Shown here: piece after piece, positions 31,412 through 32,000 of the stretch
Numbering within the stretch: the first letter of the stretch is position 1
Layout of the letters: every line of letters begins with the position of its first letter
Assembly (NCBI RefSeq): GCF_001457595.1
Contig: NZ_LN831039.1
Span: forward strand, 1,170,001-1,202,000
Length of the DNA: 32,000 nucleotides
Reading direction: 5' to 3'
Source: Mycolicibacterium smegmatis
GTDB lineage: Bacteria; Actinomycetota; Actinomycetes; Mycobacteriales; Mycobacteriaceae
Program-made: the position numbers and the translations under genes
Notes under the pieces: model-generated
What the model saw: only the letters and a program-made list of their open reading frames with translations
Databases searched by the model: none
What the model was told of the DNA's origin: nothing

Positions 31412-32000
31412 ATGCGGCCACCACGTTCGGTGTTCGCACCGATCGGAGCACTACTGGCCACAGCCGCCCTGGTGCTGACGGCGTGCGGATCATCGGGGAA
31501 TTCCGCACAGACCGTCGACGGCAAGACCGTGGTCCGATATCAGGGCTGGACCGGTCAGGTCGAATTCCAGGAGCTCGCTGAAGAACTCGGCTATTACAAC
31601 ATGATCCAGCTGGACTGGGTCGGCAACACCACCAGCGGGCCACAGGACATCCAGTCGGTGGCCACCGGCGATATCGACGTCGGTTCGGCGTTCAACGGTG
31701 CCGTGGTGAAACTCAACGCCGCGGGCGCCCCGATCACCTCGGTGCTCAGCTCATACGGCGCCGACGAGGGCGAGTACACCGGGTACTTCGTGCTGGAGGA
31801 CAGCCCGATCCGTTCCGCGCGTGACCTGATCGGCAAGAAGGTCGGCATGAACACCCTCGGCGCACACCACGAGTTCCTGACTCGCGAGTGGCTCGCTCAG
31901 CAGGGCCTGTCCAACGACGAGATCAAGACCGTGACGCTGACGGTCGTGCCACCGGTGAACACCGAACAGGCGTTGCGGGAGAAGCAGATCGACGTCGCGG
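31412..32000 (+). CDS. ABC transporter substrate-binding lipoprotein (NitT/TauT, SsuA-like family), 3'-truncated by the window edge
   Basis: GGGGGGAGGG Shine-Dalgarno, then ATG 31412. Signal peptide with lipobox LVLTAC. The frame stays open to the end of the window with strong G/C third-position bias. The segment GKKVGMNTLGAHHEFLTREWL is typical of sulfonate/nitrate-type binding proteins. Confidence 0.75.
   Translation, partial: MRPPRSVFAPIGALLATAALVLTACGSSGNSAQTVDGKTVVRYQGWTGQVEFQELAEELGYYNMIQLDWVGNTTSGPQDIQSVATGDIDVGSAFNGAVVKLNAAGAPITSVLSSYGADEGEYTGYFVLEDSPIRSARDLIGKKVGMNTLGAHHEFLTREWLAQQGLSNDEIKTVTLTVVPPVNTEQALREKQIDVA

Overview
This is a high-GC (roughly two-thirds G+C by eye) actinobacterial chromosome segment with mycobacterial gene content and order. 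It looks most like a fast-growing Mycolicibacterium/Mycobacterium (M. smegmatis-like), but I cannot confirm the species without a search. All calls come from reading the ORF translations and the DNA by eye; no similarity search was run.

Gene content, left to right:
- 1-1462: the 3' end of an unknown CDS, a 46-codon ORF and a 375-aa eRF1/Pelota-like protein (baeRF / Vms1-type) with an AGQ loop, tightly packed on the + strand.
- 1552-5353: tspO, then the menaquinone/isoprenoid pair menJ (-) and grcC1 (+), then htpX.
- 5354-6048: a ~700-bp non-coding gap filled with long compound hairpins.
- 6049-10236: two small Cys-containing secreted proteins, a convergent APC permease + Zn-alcohol dehydrogenase operon, and its divergent XRE-cupin regulator.
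- 10253-11278: gpsA (-).
- 11279-22416: a 566-bp leader region, then a complete yrbEA-yrbEB-mceABCDEF operon followed by one Mce-associated membrane protein and an MPT64/DUF3298-like secreted protein.
- 22644-31204: a second XRE-cupin regulator heading a translationally coupled operon of MHS-type MFS transporter, FAD oxidoreductase, family III CoA-transferase, enoyl-CoA hydratase, DapA-family aldolase-like enzyme, atypical SDR and aldehyde dehydrogenase.
- 31244-32000: a terminator, a tRNA T-arm-like fragment and the 5' part of an ABC substrate-binding lipoprotein.

No rRNA gene, intact tRNA gene, CRISPR array, transposase or integrase is visible.

Most worth follow-up:
- the eRF1-like module;
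- the MPT64-like gene coupled to the mce operon;
- the orphan CoA-dependent catabolic operon;
- the hairpin cluster after htpX;
- the AT-rich palindromic operators next to both XRE-cupin regulators;
- a mini-uORF overlapping the yrbEA start codon.
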